A stretch of DNA of 24,140 nt from Caedimonas varicaedens (GCA_001192655.1 BBVC01000071.1:1-24140); one strand, 5' to 3'. Numbered from the stretch's first letter, positions 7,634 through 16,579 are shown. The notes: generated by a model not told the origin, from the letters alone. A program made the numbers and translations.

Positions 7634-9418
7634 ATGGGCGGACAAAAAGCTTTTCCTTTTATCCTGAAAATGATTCGTCCTTTTCCGGGATCGATCGTGG
7701 TTATGTTTTTGGTTGCCTGTGTATGGGCGATTGATGTTTCTTTGCGACCTTATATTCTGAAGGTTATTTTAAATAGGGTCACCGAAGCCCCTTCCCAGGA
7801 AATTTTTACATATTTAGCTTTTCCTGCAGCTGCCTGGCTTCTCATGTCTTTTCTGCTCTCCAGTATCTTTCGGCTCTATGGATATTTCGTTGAAATCAAA
7901 ATGATTCCTGACCTGCGGCAGAAAATCGCTTATTCCTGCTTTGACGGTTTATTGGAACAAAGTCACTATTATTACCAAAATCAGTTTTCGGGAAGTCTTG
8001 TTAATAAAGTGGACGATCTGATCAACAGTATTCCTGACATTGTGCAAGTGACGATCGATCGTTTTTTCAGCCATTTCCTGGCGTTAGCCATTGCTATTTT
8101 TGTCTTGTGGCAAGTCAATGCCAAATTTGCGCTTTTGATGTTGAGCTGGACAACGCTTTTTGTGGGAATATCCATTTTTATGTCAAGGCGGCTTATACAT
8201 CTTTCAGATATCTGGGCTGAACGCGGTACAAGAACTGTGGGCAGGATGGTTGATGTTCTATCGAATATTTTATCTGTCAAGCTATTCTCAAGGATAAAAC
8301 AGGAAAAATCATCTTTTGAAATGACATTACAAAAAGCTATTCAGGCTGAGAAAAATCTTCAGTGGACTTATTTTTTGATGTGGTGTGTGTACGGATATTC
8401 TTTTGTTATCCTTCAGGGATTTAATCTCTATTTTTTGATAGAAGATAAACGTCAAGGACTCATTACACTGGGGGATTTTGCACTGGTTTTATCTATTAAT
8501 ACAGCCATTGTTGAATTTTTTTGGAATCTTGTTAAGGAAATTTCTAACTTTTCCAAAGCGTCCGGGAAAATAAGTCAGGCTTTGCGAGCGCTGGTTGTTA
8601 CGCCCGATATTCAAGATAGACGCCATGCCAGGGAATTGGTTGTCAGTAAAGGTGAGATTATTTTTGAGGATGTTCAATTCTCTTATCAAGGGAGCGATCC
8701 TCTCTTCCAGAATAAATCTGTCAAGATCGAATCGGGTCAAAAGGTGGGTCTCGTTGGTTATTCAGGAAGTGGAAAATCAACGTTCGTCAATCTTATTTTG
8801 CGGCTTTTTGACGTGACTTCCGGGCAAATTACTGTGGATGGGCAAGATATTCGCCATGTAACTCAGGATTCTTTAAGAGCTAATATTGGCATGATTCCTC
8901 AGGATCCTTCTCTTTTTCATCGTACTCTTGGGGAAAATATCCGCTATGGAAAAGCCAATGCAACGGATGAAGAAATCGTAGAAGCGTCCAAAAAAGCCCA
9001 TGCTCATGCTTTTATTTCTGCTCTGACACAAGGCTATGACTCTCTTGTAGGAGAAAGAGGCGTTAAACTTTCAGGCGGACAACGCCAGCGCATCGCTATT
9101 GCTCGTGCAATCCTTAAAAACGCCCCTCTCCTGATTTTGGACGAAGCAACGTCTCAGTTGGATTCAGTCACTGAAGGCGATATCCAGGACTCTTTATGGC
9201 AACTGATGCAAGGGAAAACGACGATTGTGATTGCTCATCGTTTGTCAACTCTTCTGCATATGGATCGTATTCTCGTGTTTGATGAAGGCAAAATTGTGGA
9301 AGATGGAACACACCAGGCATTATTGACCCAGGGGGGACTTTACGCTACGCTTTGGAATGCCCAGGTCGGTGGTTTTCTACCTGAAAGTCGAGTATTAAGA
9401 GAGGGATATAATGATTGA
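7634..9418 (+). CDS. ABC exporter, fused permease/ATPase (MsbA/MdlB-like type I exporter)
   Basis: 594 aa. N-terminal six-helix-like hydrophobic domain. Walker A GYSGSGKST, Q-loop IPQDP, signature LSGGQRQR, Walker B LLILDEATS, H-loop IAHRLST. Confidence 0.9.
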   Translation: MGGQKAFPFILKMIRPFPGSIVVMFLVACVWAIDVSLRPYILKVILNRVTEAPSQEIFTYLAFPAAAWLLMSFLLSSIFRLYGYFVEIKMIPDLRQKIAYSCFDGLLEQSHYYYQNQFSGSLVNKVDDLINSIPDIVQVTIDRFFSHFLALAIAIFVLWQVNAKFALLMLSWTTLFVGISIFMSRRLIHLSDIWAERGTRTVGRMVDVLSNILSVKLFSRIKQEKSSFEMTLQKAIQAEKNLQWTYFLMWCVYGYSFVILQGFNLYFLIEDKRQGLITLGDFALVLSINTAIVEFFWNLVKEISNFSKASGKISQALRALVVTPDIQDRRHARELVVSKGEIIFEDVQFSYQGSDPLFQNKSVKIESGQKVGLVGYSGSGKSTFVNLILRLFDVTSGQITVDGQDIRHVTQDSLRANIGMIPQDPSLFHRTLGENIRYGKANATDEEIVEASKKAHAHAFISALTQGYDSLVGERGVKLSGGQRQRIAIARAILKNAPLLILDEATSQLDSVTEGDIQDSLWQLMQGKTTIVIAHRLSTLLHMDRILVFDEGKIVEDGTHQALLTQGGLYATLWNAQVGGFLPESRVLREGYND

Positions 9419-9833
9419 TCATTGTTCAATATCTGTGAAAGACTATGATAAGAGTTTAAAATTTTATGATCACAGTCTTCTTGCTCTGGGGTACAAACGC
9501 CTGATTACAATCGACAAGGACGAGATGAAGTATGCTGCTTATGGCAAGGATCCAAAGCCTTCTTTGTGGATTGGCCCCATGGGGCGGGAAGATGAAGAAA
9601 TTGGACGTGCGCGGGGAATGCATCTTGCATTTACTGCCCCTGGTGTAAAATCAGTCCACGATTGGCATGCCAGGTGCCTTGAGTATGGTGGACGCGATAA
9701 TGGTGCACCGGGGACAAGACCAGAATATCATCCGGGTTATTATGGCGCCTTTATTATTGACCCTGATGGTTGGCGTATAGAAGCAGCTTTTCATCACTAC
9801 ATCAGTTCCAAAGCAATATCGAAAGCCGAATAA
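9411..9833 (+). CDS. VOC (glyoxalase/bleomycin resistance/dioxygenase) family protein
   Basis: 140 aa. N-terminal IDHCSISVKDYDKSLKFY and C-terminal YGAFIIDPDGWRIEA are typical of the VOC fold. 8-bp overlap with the upstream ABC gene. Confidence 0.7.
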   Translation: MIDHCSISVKDYDKSLKFYDHSLLALGYKRLITIDKDEMKYAAYGKDPKPSLWIGPMGREDEEIGRARGMHLAFTAPGVKSVHDWHARCLEYGGRDNGAPGTRPEYHPGYYGAFIIDPDGWRIEAAFHHYISSKAISKAE

Positions 9834-10011
9834 GAAAGACTGATATCTTTTCCTGAGTGAAGAGCTTAAGAGTGCTAAATCTCATTAAATTGCTTCTCTA
9901 TACCATTCAGAAACGATGGATAAACCCATATTTTTCAGGAACTGGTGTTTGGGTTCATCGTGATGACCACAGACAACAAGAATCCGCATATCTGGATGAA
10001 GACAAAAATAG

Positions 10012-10152
10012 ACTTCTTTCGAAACCCAGCATTTGGGTTCAGGGCTAGGAAAAAATTTGTGAGTGACCCGCAGTGTACATGGGAGTACATGAGGATCACG
10101 AACAAATTTTTGACAACGCCCTGGAGTCAAAGGCGAAGGTTTCAAAAGAAGT
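10012..10152. repeat. Palindromic intergenic repeat element, copy A (about 141 bp)
   Basis: Terminal inverted repeat ACTTCTTTCGAAACC (10012-10026) / GGTTTCAAAAGAAGT (10138-10152), 14 of 15 complementary, with further imperfect pairing inward. The core at 10059-10107 (GTGAGTGACCCGCAGTGTACATGGGAGTACATGAGGATCACGAAC) is about 70% identical by eye to 23663-23708. It lies 5 bp from the yqgE stop, between convergent 3' ends. Confidence 0.6.
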
Positions 10153-10156
10153 TTAT

Positions 10157-10744
10157 TCAGGCATGACCTGTCTGAGAAGATAAGAGCGCCGGGTCTACAC
10201 CTATTTTTTTTAGCGCCTTTTTCCACATGTTCGAAAGGTCAGATGAAAACACAAGGTCAAGATCTGCATCCGTCTGCAACCAACTGCTTTTCTGAATCTC
10301 CGCTTCCAGTTGGCCAGCGCTCCATGCCACATATCCTAAAGCCAGAATTTTTTGCTTAGGGCCTTCTCCTTCTATCAATAAACTCAGAATTTCAACGGTA
10401 GAGCTGAGAGCCATTTCATCTAAAATTTTTACTGATCCATCCTGCAGATAATCGGTGGAATGGATGACAAAACCCCTACCCATTTCTATAGGCCCTCCAA
10501 AATGAACCGAAATAGGTACATTCATCGTTTTTGAAGATTGAAGTCCGATTTGTTCAACAAGATCTTTTAGCGTTAAATCATCAATCAGTCGATTTAAAAT
10601 AATTCCCATAGCACCATTGAGGTCATGTCCACAAACAAGAATCACTGAATGGAAAAAACGTGAATCAGTGATTTGAGGGCTTGCGATAAGCAATTGGCCC
10701 GTTAAATATTTTTGCTCTTCAAGAGGGGAAATTATTTTATTCAT
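10157..10744 (-). CDS. yqgE: YqgE/AlgH family protein (UPF0301)
   Basis: 195 aa. LLIASPQITDSRFFHSVILVCGHDLNGAMGIILNR, GGPIEMGRGFVIHS, LALGYVAWSAGQLEAEI and the C-terminal GVDPALLSSQTGHA all parallel E. coli YqgE. Confidence 0.85.
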   Translation of the reverse strand: MNKIISPLEEQKYLTGQLLIASPQITDSRFFHSVILVCGHDLNGAMGIILNRLIDDLTLKDLVEQIGLQSSKTMNVPISVHFGGPIEMGRGFVIHSTDYLQDGSVKILDEMALSSTVEILSLLIEGEGPKQKILALGYVAWSAGQLEAEIQKSSWLQTDADLDLVFSSDLSNMWKKALKKIGVDPALLSSQTGHA

Positions 10745-10769
10745 TGCCTGACAATCTTAAAGGTATAAT

Positions 10770-12614
10770 ATGCTTTTTGCAGTAGGTATAGCGAGGATAA
10801 TTCATGACAATTTCCAGATCTATTATTTTTTTTTCTTCATCATAACAGGTCTTATGGGACTCGTACAGAAAACAGGAGCACAGGCTCTTTATTCCTCTCA
10901 TAATCCCCCTTTTTCCGTAGAGTTACTCTCTTCCACAACAACTTTGGGAGAAGCACAAGAAATTCTGATGGGACTTCGATTCAAACTTCCACCAGCATGG
11001 AAAATCTATGCTCCCGATGATGAGAAAACCTCTGCGACTCTTTCTTCCGCTCCTAAAATAACGTGGACCGGATCAAAAAACGTTCAGGACATTCATATTC
11101 TCTGGCCTTCATCCAATAAATATTCCATTGAAGGCTTTGTTTTTCACGCCTATGAAGGAGAGCTTATTATCCCTATCCTTGTTAAAATTGTAAACTCCAA
11201 GGAACCTCTTACCCTTCACCTTCAGTTGGCTTATTCTGTTTGTTCCAAACTTTGTATGCCTATACAACATGACTTGAGTGTCACGCTGACGCCCGGTGTT
11301 GCCATACCCACATCTGCCGCCGACCTTCTGCATAAAGTGCACGCATCTAGCATTACGGGAATACCGGATACAGACCTTCAAAAGGAAAAATCCTATTTTA
11401 TGATGCTTATTTTTGCGTTTTTAGGGGGTATTATCCTTAATTTTATGCCCTGCGTCCTTCCTGTTATTTCCCTGAAAATAATGAGTATCGCAAAGAAAGG
11501 TCGCAGCACATCTTTAAAAAATCTTCATTTTCGTCCCTCGTTTCTAGCAACTTTTGCGGGCATTATGGTTTCGTTTGCTTTTTTGGGTGGACTCGCGGTT
11601 TTTTTAGATACTTTGGGAGAATCTGTCGGATGGGGGCTTCATTTCCAGCAACCCTCCTTTCTATGCTTTCTGATCGTTGTGACAACACTTTTTGCAAGTA
11701 ATCTCTGGGGGTTTTATGAAATAGAACTACCTCTTTTTATGCGGGATACAATTGGTAAACTCCTTAGGTATGAGCATGAGCATCATGCAGGATTAGTGGA
11801 AGATTTTGTGGCTGGTATTTTTGCAGCATTTCTTGCAACACCCTGTACAGCTCCTTTTTTGGGAACAGCTCTGGGTTACGCCTTTTCCCGCAGTGGGGGG
11901 GAAATTTTTCTGTTCTTTATGGTTTTGGGGCTGGGATTTTCCCTTCCCTACTGGTTGGGTGCCATTTTACCGCGTCATTGGCTAAAGCTGCCCAAACCCG
12001 GCGCATGGATGCTGACATTATCCCATATTCTGGGATATGTCCTGGCAGCAACCGTTTTCTGGCTGCTTTGGATCTTAAATGAGACAAGCTCCTTTAGTGT
12101 TGCCTTTTATGTGGGACTGGGCGCACTGATCATGACTCTCCTTTTCTGGAAGGGGAGAAAATATCCTAAAATTAAAAGACTCAATTGGGTTCTGATTCTC
12201 TTGATGCTTGCCGTTCCTTTGATTTCCACCCCTGACTCTCAAATAAAACCTTACGTGCAAGAACATTGGGGGCGTTTCCGTCCTGAACTGATTCCCAATC
12301 TTGTTCAACAAGGGAAAGTTGTTGTCGTTGATATTACCGCTTCGTGGTGCTTGACATGCAAGATCAATAAAACCTTTGTTCTGGATTCCAAAGAAGGAGA
12401 ACAACTTTTAGTCCAAAAAGATGTTGTCCTGATGCGGGCTGACTGGACACGGCAAGATCCGATCCTTGCAAGTTACCTTGCTTCTTATGGACGGGCAGGC
12501 ATCCCTTTCAACGTTGTTTTTGGACCTCATGCTCAGAGCGGCATTGTTTTACCTGAAATTTTGAACATCAAGAGTTTGAAAAATGCCCTTACCCAGGCAA
12601 GAGGAGAAAAGTAA
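10770..12614 (+). CDS. DsbD-family protein-disulfide reductase (N-terminal periplasmic domain, DsbD transmembrane core, C-terminal thioredoxin domain)
   Basis: 614 aa. Membrane-core Cys motifs FMPCVLPVISLK and ATPCTAPFLGTALGYA. C-terminal thioredoxin CxxC (ASWCLTCK). The start is uncertain (see the T9 tract finding). Confidence 0.85.
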   Translation: MLFAVGIARIIHDNFQIYYFFFFIITGLMGLVQKTGAQALYSSHNPPFSVELLSSTTTLGEAQEILMGLRFKLPPAWKIYAPDDEKTSATLSSAPKITWTGSKNVQDIHILWPSSNKYSIEGFVFHAYEGELIIPILVKIVNSKEPLTLHLQLAYSVCSKLCMPIQHDLSVTLTPGVAIPTSAADLLHKVHASSITGIPDTDLQKEKSYFMMLIFAFLGGIILNFMPCVLPVISLKIMSIAKKGRSTSLKNLHFRPSFLATFAGIMVSFAFLGGLAVFLDTLGESVGWGLHFQQPSFLCFLIVVTTLFASNLWGFYEIELPLFMRDTIGKLLRYEHEHHAGLVEDFVAGIFAAFLATPCTAPFLGTALGYAFSRSGGEIFLFFMVLGLGFSLPYWLGAILPRHWLKLPKPGAWMLTLSHILGYVLAATVFWLLWILNETSSFSVAFYVGLGALIMTLLFWKGRKYPKIKRLNWVLILLMLAVPLISTPDSQIKPYVQEHWGRFRPELIPNLVQQGKVVVVDITASWCLTCKINKTFVLDSKEGEQLLVQKDVVLMRADWTRQDPILASYLASYGRAGIPFNVVFGPHAQSGIVLPEILNIKSLKNALTQARGEK

Positions 12615-12616
12615 AT

Positions 12617-13105
12617 TTAGCCTGCACCCTGCATCATGCGCTGAACAATGGCATTGCGAGCCAACAGGTCGGCTCGTTCATTTTCTGGATGTCCTGAATG
12701 CCCCCGAACCCAATGCCATTCAATCTCATGTTTTTGAGAGAGCTCATCAAGACGGCGCCATAAATCCAAATTTTTGATTCCTCTGCTGACAGCATCAAGC
12801 CAATCATTCTGCTTCCACTTGGGCATCCATTGCTTCATGCCATCCCGAAGATACATACTGTCCGTATAAAGAGCGATCTTTTGTCCCTGGCATTTTTCTA
12901 CAGCTTCCAGCCCCCTGATGGCTGCCATCAATTCCATACGGTTATTCGTGGTGTGCGCTTCACTGCCCGAAAGTTCTTTCTCTGCCCCCTGTCGCAAACG
13001 CATAATGACACCCCACCCTCCCGGTCCAGGATTTCCACTACAGGCACCATCAACAAAAATTTCAATACAGGGAGAAAATGCATTCATTGGGGTCACGTTC
13101 GTCAT
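12617..13105 (-). CDS. rnhA: Ribonuclease HI
   Basis: IEIFVDGACSGNPGPGGWG, TTNNRMELMAAI, YTDSMY and WHWVRGHSGHPENERADLLAR match the RNase HI catalytic DEDD context. The ORF is open up to 13180, but ATG 13105 (or 13087) gives the normal length of about 155-160 aa. Confidence 0.85.
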   Translation of the reverse strand: MTNVTPMNAFSPCIEIFVDGACSGNPGPGGWGVIMRLRQGAEKELSGSEAHTTNNRMELMAAIRGLEAVEKCQGQKIALYTDSMYLRDGMKQWMPKWKQNDWLDAVSRGIKNLDLWRRLDELSQKHEIEWHWVRGHSGHPENERADLLARNAIVQRMMQGAG

Positions 13106-13243
13106 ATATTTTCCAATCGGGCTGAAGACACGAATTCCAGGACATTTCTCCACAGGAAAAGGCGTTTTCTCGGCCAACATCCGGTTCCACGGGAACGATC
13201 AAAAACGGAATATCTTCAATTAATCCATGAAGGGCAGTATAAC

Positions 13244-14422
13244 CTAAGGTCGTTCAATAGCAAGAGCTGTTGCTTCACCGCCGCCGATACATAAAGAAGC
13301 AATTCCTCTTTTCAGATGATGTGTTTCAAGAGCATGGAGCAACGTCACGACGATGCGACTTCCGCTTGCACCGATGGGATGTCCCAGAGCACATGCTCCA
13401 CCGTGGAGATTGACTTTAGAAGGGTCTAATTTCAGCTCCTTAACAGCCGCCATGGTAACCACAGCAAAGGCTTCATTGATTTCATATAAATCGACATCAT
13501 CCTTCGACCATGACATTTCTTTTAAAAGACGTGTTAACGCCTGAACCGGTGCAAGCGTAAACCATTCAGGTTCCTGGGAATGCGTTGCATGTCCAACAAT
13601 GTAAGCGCGAATGGGCAAGTTGCGCTTTTTAGCTTCTTTCTCTGACATTAAAATAAGAATAGCAGCGCCGTCCCCAATGGAACTTGACGAAGCGGCTGTA
13701 ACAGTCCCTCCCTCTCGAAAAGCGGCTTTAAGCAGGGGTATTTTCTCAGGTTTGACTTTAAGAGGAGTCTCATCTTCCATAATATCTCCGCTTTTGGTCG
13801 ATACAGAGACGATTTCTTTCTTGAACCATCCTTCTCTCATTGCTTTCAGTGTTTTTTCCGTTGTCCGAATAACGTATTGATCTTGTTCTTCACGGGAAAA
13901 TCCCAAATGTTCAGCTGTATTTTCGGCAAAGACCCCCATAGCGCACCCTTGCTGATAGGCGTCTTCTAGTCCATCACGCATCATGGAATCTATAACTTTC
14001 CCATGTCCAAAACGATAGCCTGACCGCCCTTTGGGAAGAAAATAGGGAGCATTTGTCATGCTCTCCATCCCTCCAACAGCCATGGTTGTTCGCACACCTG
14101 CTCGGATTAAATCATATCCAAGCATAATTGCCTTCATGCCCGATCCACAGACTTTATTAAGCGTGGTTGCTCCTACTGAATAGGGCAAACCAGCATAATG
14201 ACCAACCTGACGCGCGGAATTTTGTCCTAATCCTGCCTGAAGAACACATCCCATGAAAAGCTCATCAATATCTCCTTCTTTCCCTTGGAGATTGACTTCT
14301 GCAAGCGCTGCCTTAAGGGCGTATCCTCCCAATTGAGGCGCCGTTAATTCAGTAAAAACGCCCTGAAAGGCACCAATGGGCGTGCGTTTGGCGACGATAA
14401 TAGCAATACGATCCTGTGGCAA
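13244..14422 (-). CDS. Acetyl-CoA C-acetyltransferase (thiolase II)
   Basis: Active-site Cys context NKVCGSGMKA, C-terminal NLHGGACALGHPIGASGSRI and CIGGGEATALAIE. Likely start is TTG at 14422, 5 nt after GGAGG, giving 392 aa beginning (M)PQDRIAIIVAKRTPIGAF as in other thiolases. The track ORF extends to 14512 with an implausible Cys/Lys-rich leader. Confidence 0.9.
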   Translation of the reverse strand: MPQDRIAIIVAKRTPIGAFQGVFTELTAPQLGGYALKAALAEVNLQGKEGDIDELFMGCVLQAGLGQNSARQVGHYAGLPYSVGATTLNKVCGSGMKAIMLGYDLIRAGVRTTMAVGGMESMTNAPYFLPKGRSGYRFGHGKVIDSMMRDGLEDAYQQGCAMGVFAENTAEHLGFSREEQDQYVIRTTEKTLKAMREGWFKKEIVSVSTKSGDIMEDETPLKVKPEKIPLLKAAFREGGTVTAASSSSIGDGAAILILMSEKEAKKRNLPIRAYIVGHATHSQEPEWFTLAPVQALTRLLKEMSWSKDDVDLYEINEAFAVVTMAAVKELKLDPSKVNLHGGACALGHPIGASGSRIVVTLLHALETHHLKRGIASLCIGGGEATALAIERP

Positions 14423-14777
14423 TTTTTCCTCCCCGCTTTTTTTAATTTTTTTATATCTCTTCTGGCAACAAGTAGGGGAGCTGAAACAGCATTTTTCCTG
14501 TCGTTGCCACAAGAATGACTTTTATACGCAACTACAGACTACGTTATTTTAATTTATATTGTCGATCGTTTTTGTAAAAAGTAGATTATCTTCTTTATCT
14601 CATTGGATAATATAATAAATAAGAATTAATATACCATGTATTGATAAAAAGCATATCATAGTATAGAATAACAAAGGTGTCCTGGTCAAAATAACAAATT
14701 ATTTTTAGATAATAATTGCCAGGACTGAACTTGCCAACCTAACTTGTTGTAATAATTAAGAAAAGGAAGAGAAATAA

Positions 14778-15155
14778 ATGAGTCATTTTAAATATATTAT
14801 TGCGCTATGTTATGCTTTTGCGTTTCCAGGTTTTGCAGGCGCTGTCGATATTAATGCAGGGCCTATTTGGAACCAGTCTGACGCCCAAACAAAATGTCCT
14901 GGCGTCTGTTCATCCAAAGGTTATTCCTGGAACGGAAATTGGACAACAACAGACCCAGGAAAGATGTCCGTTTGCGGCTGTGAGGGCGCTACAGACGTTA
15001 ATGCAGGCCCTATCTGGAACAATGCCGATGCCAAGACAAAATGCCCCGGCGTTTGTGAAGAAAAAGGAATGCAATGGAATGGTCAGTGGACTACAACGGT
15101 CCAAGGTGAAATGTCCGTGTGCGGGTGCCTTCCCAAATCAAATCAGGGTGCCTAA
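14778..15155 (+). CDS. Secreted tandem-repeat cysteine-rich protein, MVL-like (mannan-binding lectin family) candidate
   Basis: AAGGAAG upstream of the ATG. Signal peptide MSHFKYIIALCYAFAFPGFAGA. Two 46-aa repeats (nt 14844-14981 and 14991-15128, 33 of 46 identical), each with AGPIWN..DA.TKCPGVC..KG..WNG.WTTT..G.MSVCGC and 4 Cys. The AGP(I/L)W.N..A...P....G.W.GQW.T...G.MSV pattern matches my recollection of the two-repeat Microcystis viridis lectin MVL. Confidence 0.7.
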   Translation: MSHFKYIIALCYAFAFPGFAGAVDINAGPIWNQSDAQTKCPGVCSSKGYSWNGNWTTTDPGKMSVCGCEGATDVNAGPIWNNADAKTKCPGVCEEKGMQWNGQWTTTVQGEMSVCGCLPKSNQGA

Positions 15156-15165
15156 AATTAAAGTA

Positions 15166-15199
15166 CTTTAGAGCGAGTCTAAAATGTCTCGCTCTAAAG
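15166..15199. terminator. Bidirectional intrinsic terminator hairpin between convergent genes
   Basis: Perfect 12-bp stem CTTTAGAGCGAG (15166-15177) / CTCGCTCTAAAG (15188-15199) with a 10-nt loop. It lies between the stops at 15155 (+) and 15211 (-), with T/A-rich flanks on both sides. Confidence 0.7.
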
Positions 15200-15210
15200 C
15201 TACACTCTTT

Positions 15211-15645
15211 TTATTCCGACTCGCTTAAAAACAGGGGCGGCCCTTGATACAACGCTTCTACAACAATTGCTTTATTTATCAGATGAACTTCCAGATTTTT
15301 TATAAGTGAAATTTTGGGTTTAAAAATTGTTATGTCGAGCAGTGCTTTCTCAAAGCATGTTTCAAAAGCATATTTATTATCATGAAGAGTAAAAATAATT
15401 CTTTCTATTCTCTCCCTGGGGATTTCAATCGAAGGAATTTCAGATGTTTTCGGGGTAAGGGGAGGAATAGAAATAAAATCAACTCGGTTTCTATCTCTAT
15501 ACGTTACGCTTACACCAAGCTCTGTTTTTATTTCCCATATTTCATTGTAAATGGATACCGAACAAGACAAAGCTGCATTGAAACATCCCCAGAAAATCAT
15601 TATTATTAATAGATAATGAAATTTTTTTTTCAATTTGTTATCCAT
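15211..15645 (-). CDS. Hypothetical exported or membrane-anchored protein
   Basis: 144-aa ORF with an N-terminal Lys-rich n-region plus hydrophobic segment (MDNKLKKKFHYLLIIMIFWGCFNAALSCS). No recognisable family. Confidence 0.45.
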   Translation of the reverse strand: MDNKLKKKFHYLLIIMIFWGCFNAALSCSVSIYNEIWEIKTELGVSVTYRDRNRVDFISIPPLTPKTSEIPSIEIPRERIERIIFTLHDNKYAFETCFEKALLDITIFKPKISLIKNLEVHLINKAIVVEALYQGPPLFLSESE

Positions 15646-15937
15646 TTTTTGCTTGAGTAGGCTTTGAATATCATATTTCTAATTAAATATAAAGTATCTG
15701 TCTGATAACGAAAATTTGTGTTTCCGTAAAAAGCATCTCAACACTGATGTTTCAAACAAATGATCGCAATTTTCTTCTCTTCCCTAACTTTTTAAATTAT
15801 TAATTCGGACATCTTGATAAATAAAATCTGGAAAAAGAAAAATAAGTGATTTTGACTTTCCTAAATTTTCTTGTGTTTAAAGAGAGCGCGAGTCTTCTCT
15901 TGAGAGCTCGTTCTTGCTATTCTGCTTTATATTAATC

Positions 15938-16579
15938 ATGGAGAGTAGGACAAACCAGATGGATCTTCAAATTCAGCATCACTTTCACGATCTGCCTGAG
16001 CATATTGACTTTGGAACTTCGGTCGCGATTGATACAGAAACCATGGGTCTGTGTCTTCATCGAGACCGGTTATGTGTCGTTCAACTTTCGGGGGGGGACG
16101 ACGTGTGCCACGTTGTTCAACTGAATCAGGATCGCCTTTATAACGCTCCAAACCTGAAGAAAATACTCACAGATCCCAAAGTTACCAAAATCTTTCATTT
16201 TGCGCGTTTTGATATTGCAGCTCTCTATCAATACCTGAAAGTTATAACTCAACCCGTCTATTGTACAAAAATCGCCTCAAAGCTGGTGCGTACCTTTACT
16301 GATCGACATAGTTTGCGAGATTTATGCAAGGATCTTTTAAATGTTGATATCTCAAAAGAACAACAAATGTCGGATTGGGGAGAAAAAAATTTGAAACCTG
16401 AACAGTTGAAATACGCTGCAACAGATGTTCTGTATCTTCATAGAATTAAAGAGGTTTTAGATAAAAATCTGGAAAGAGAAGAAAGGCAAGAAATTGCTCA
16501 GGCATGTTTTGATTTCTTGCCCACTTGCGCAAAGCTTGATCTTTTAGGATATTCTCAGCTAAATATATTCGAGCACTAA
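15938..16579 (+). CDS. 3'-5' exonuclease, small RNase D-like (DEDDy family)
   Basis: DEDD motifs AIDTETMGL, FHFARFDIAAL and YAATDVLYL. Start ambiguous: TTG 15914 (track), ATG 15938 or ATG 15959. Confidence 0.8.
   Translation: MESRTNQMDLQIQHHFHDLPEHIDFGTSVAIDTETMGLCLHRDRLCVVQLSGGDDVCHVVQLNQDRLYNAPNLKKILTDPKVTKIFHFARFDIAALYQYLKVITQPVYCTKIASKLVRTFTDRHSLRDLCKDLLNVDISKEQQMSDWGEKNLKPEQLKYAATDVLYLHRIKEVLDKNLEREERQEIAQACFDFLPTCAKLDLLGYSQLNIFEH

Noticed and set aside
7634-9418. Idea that the ABC exporter is the type I secretion ATPase for the giant repeat protein
   Set aside because: At 594 aa it has no N-terminal C39/CLD extension. There is no adjacent membrane-fusion or TolC-like gene. It is on the opposite strand, 2.8 kb away, and separated by tRNA, SDR, nth and flp. 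It looks like a generic MsbA/MdlB-type exporter translationally coupled to a VOC protein.
9857-10226. ORFs 9857-10048 (+), 9945-10166 (+) and 9885-10226 (-) in the VOC/yqgE spacer
   Set aside because: They run through the palindromic repeat element and, for the minus ORF, into yqgE in another frame. The segment MRILVVCGHHDEPKHQFLKNMGLSIVSEWYREAI* (about 9885-9990, minus strand) might be a relic of a degraded gene, but I recognise no family and it is too short to call.
12830-13294. Plus-strand ORFs of 154 aa and 101 aa
   Set aside because: They are antisense to the well-supported rnhA gene and have no motifs.
14800-15171. 123-aa ORF overlapping the lectin-like gene in another frame
   Set aside because: The 14778 frame has an SD, a signal peptide and a conserved two-repeat Cys pattern. 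The alternative frame has none of these.
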